Shown one piece after another: positions 15,791 through 15,939 of a stretch of DNA of 15,939 nucleotides. Each line of letters opens with the position of its first letter. The first letter of the stretch is position 1. Origin of the DNA: Moraxellaceae bacterium (GTDB taxonomy: Bacteria; Pseudomonadota; Gammaproteobacteria; Pseudomonadales; Moraxellaceae). The position numbers and the translations under genes are program-made. The notes beneath the pieces were generated by a model, which saw nothing but the letters and a program-made list of their open reading frames with translations, was not told where the DNA came from and ran no database searches. The stretch is from positions 1-15,939 of the forward strand of contig JBBKWW010000039.1 of the NCBI GenBank assembly GCA_037969155.1. The letters are read 5' to 3'.

Positions 15791-15939
15791 ATGCAGCGTT
15801 TTCTAAGCTTTAAATTTTTGATCATGGCTGGATTGATTTTTGGCTTTTTAGTGTGTTTTATGTTTATGCGCGGCATCGTGTATGAACGACAGCAATACAG
15901 CCAAAACGTGATTGCCGAAATTGGCCGTGACAGCGTGCG
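15791..15939 (+). CDS. creD: N-terminal fragment of a CreD-like inner membrane protein. It continues beyond the window.
   Basis: Open frame MQRFLSFKFLIMAGLIFGFLVCFMFMRGIVYERQQYSQNVIAEIGRDSV. The TM helix followed by an ...ERxxYxxxV... segment resembles the start of CreD. It sits downstream of creBC and a cre-tag. Confidence 0.45.
   Translation, partial: MQRFLSFKFLIMAGLIFGFLVCFMFMRGIVYERQQYSQNVIAEIGRDSV

Noticed and set aside
1-15939. Looked for CRISPR repeats, IS inverted repeats or transposase, integrase, tRNA/rRNA and toxin-antitoxin pairs.
   Set aside because: No regularly spaced direct repeats, no transposase- or integrase-like translations, and no tRNA-like structures were seen. The window reads as core chromosome with a modestly remodelled creBCD region.

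Overview
This is a gammaproteobacterial-looking chromosomal window, dense in coding sequence, with roughly 50% GC by eye. It has no rRNA or tRNA genes, no CRISPR array and no IS or mobile-element signatures.

Gene order, left to right:
- A FimT/GspH-like type IV minor pilin with an atypical N-terminus.
- A thiolase II (acetyl-CoA C-acetyltransferase), followed by a clean rho-independent terminator.
- tcdA, the tRNA t6A dehydratase, on the minus strand.
- A yqiJ/NfeD-like membrane protein and a yqiK-like SPFH/flotillin. The flotillin carries three in-frame 120-nt tandem repeats in its Glu/Ala-rich coiled-coil tail.
- A hairpin lacking a U-tract, then a single 1812-aa ORF. It has an N-terminal globular domain, about 800 aa of Gln-rich predicted coiled coil, a late MoxR/dynein-related (AAA_5-like) AAA+ core, and a Gln-rich C-terminal tail. 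I could not assign it to a named family.
- 13 nt further on, a CreB-like OmpR-family response regulator and a CreC-like histidine kinase.
- Four ORFs lying between creC and creD. In E. coli creD directly follows creC. Here there is a 24-aa uORF overlapping the next start in an ATGA arrangement, a membrane-anchored protein with a WHxFxLDTxxY core and a Cys/Gly-rich C-terminal tail, and two small secreted Cys-containing proteins.
- The 5' end of a creD-like gene. It is preceded by an exact cre-tag (TTCACacagacTTCAC) and a hairpin whose 3' arm contains the creD Shine-Dalgarno.

The most interesting candidate is the NfeD–flotillin–giant AAA+ ATPase–CreBC arrangement, together with the remodelled creC–creD interval. 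All family assignments are from reading the translations, since no searches could be run.
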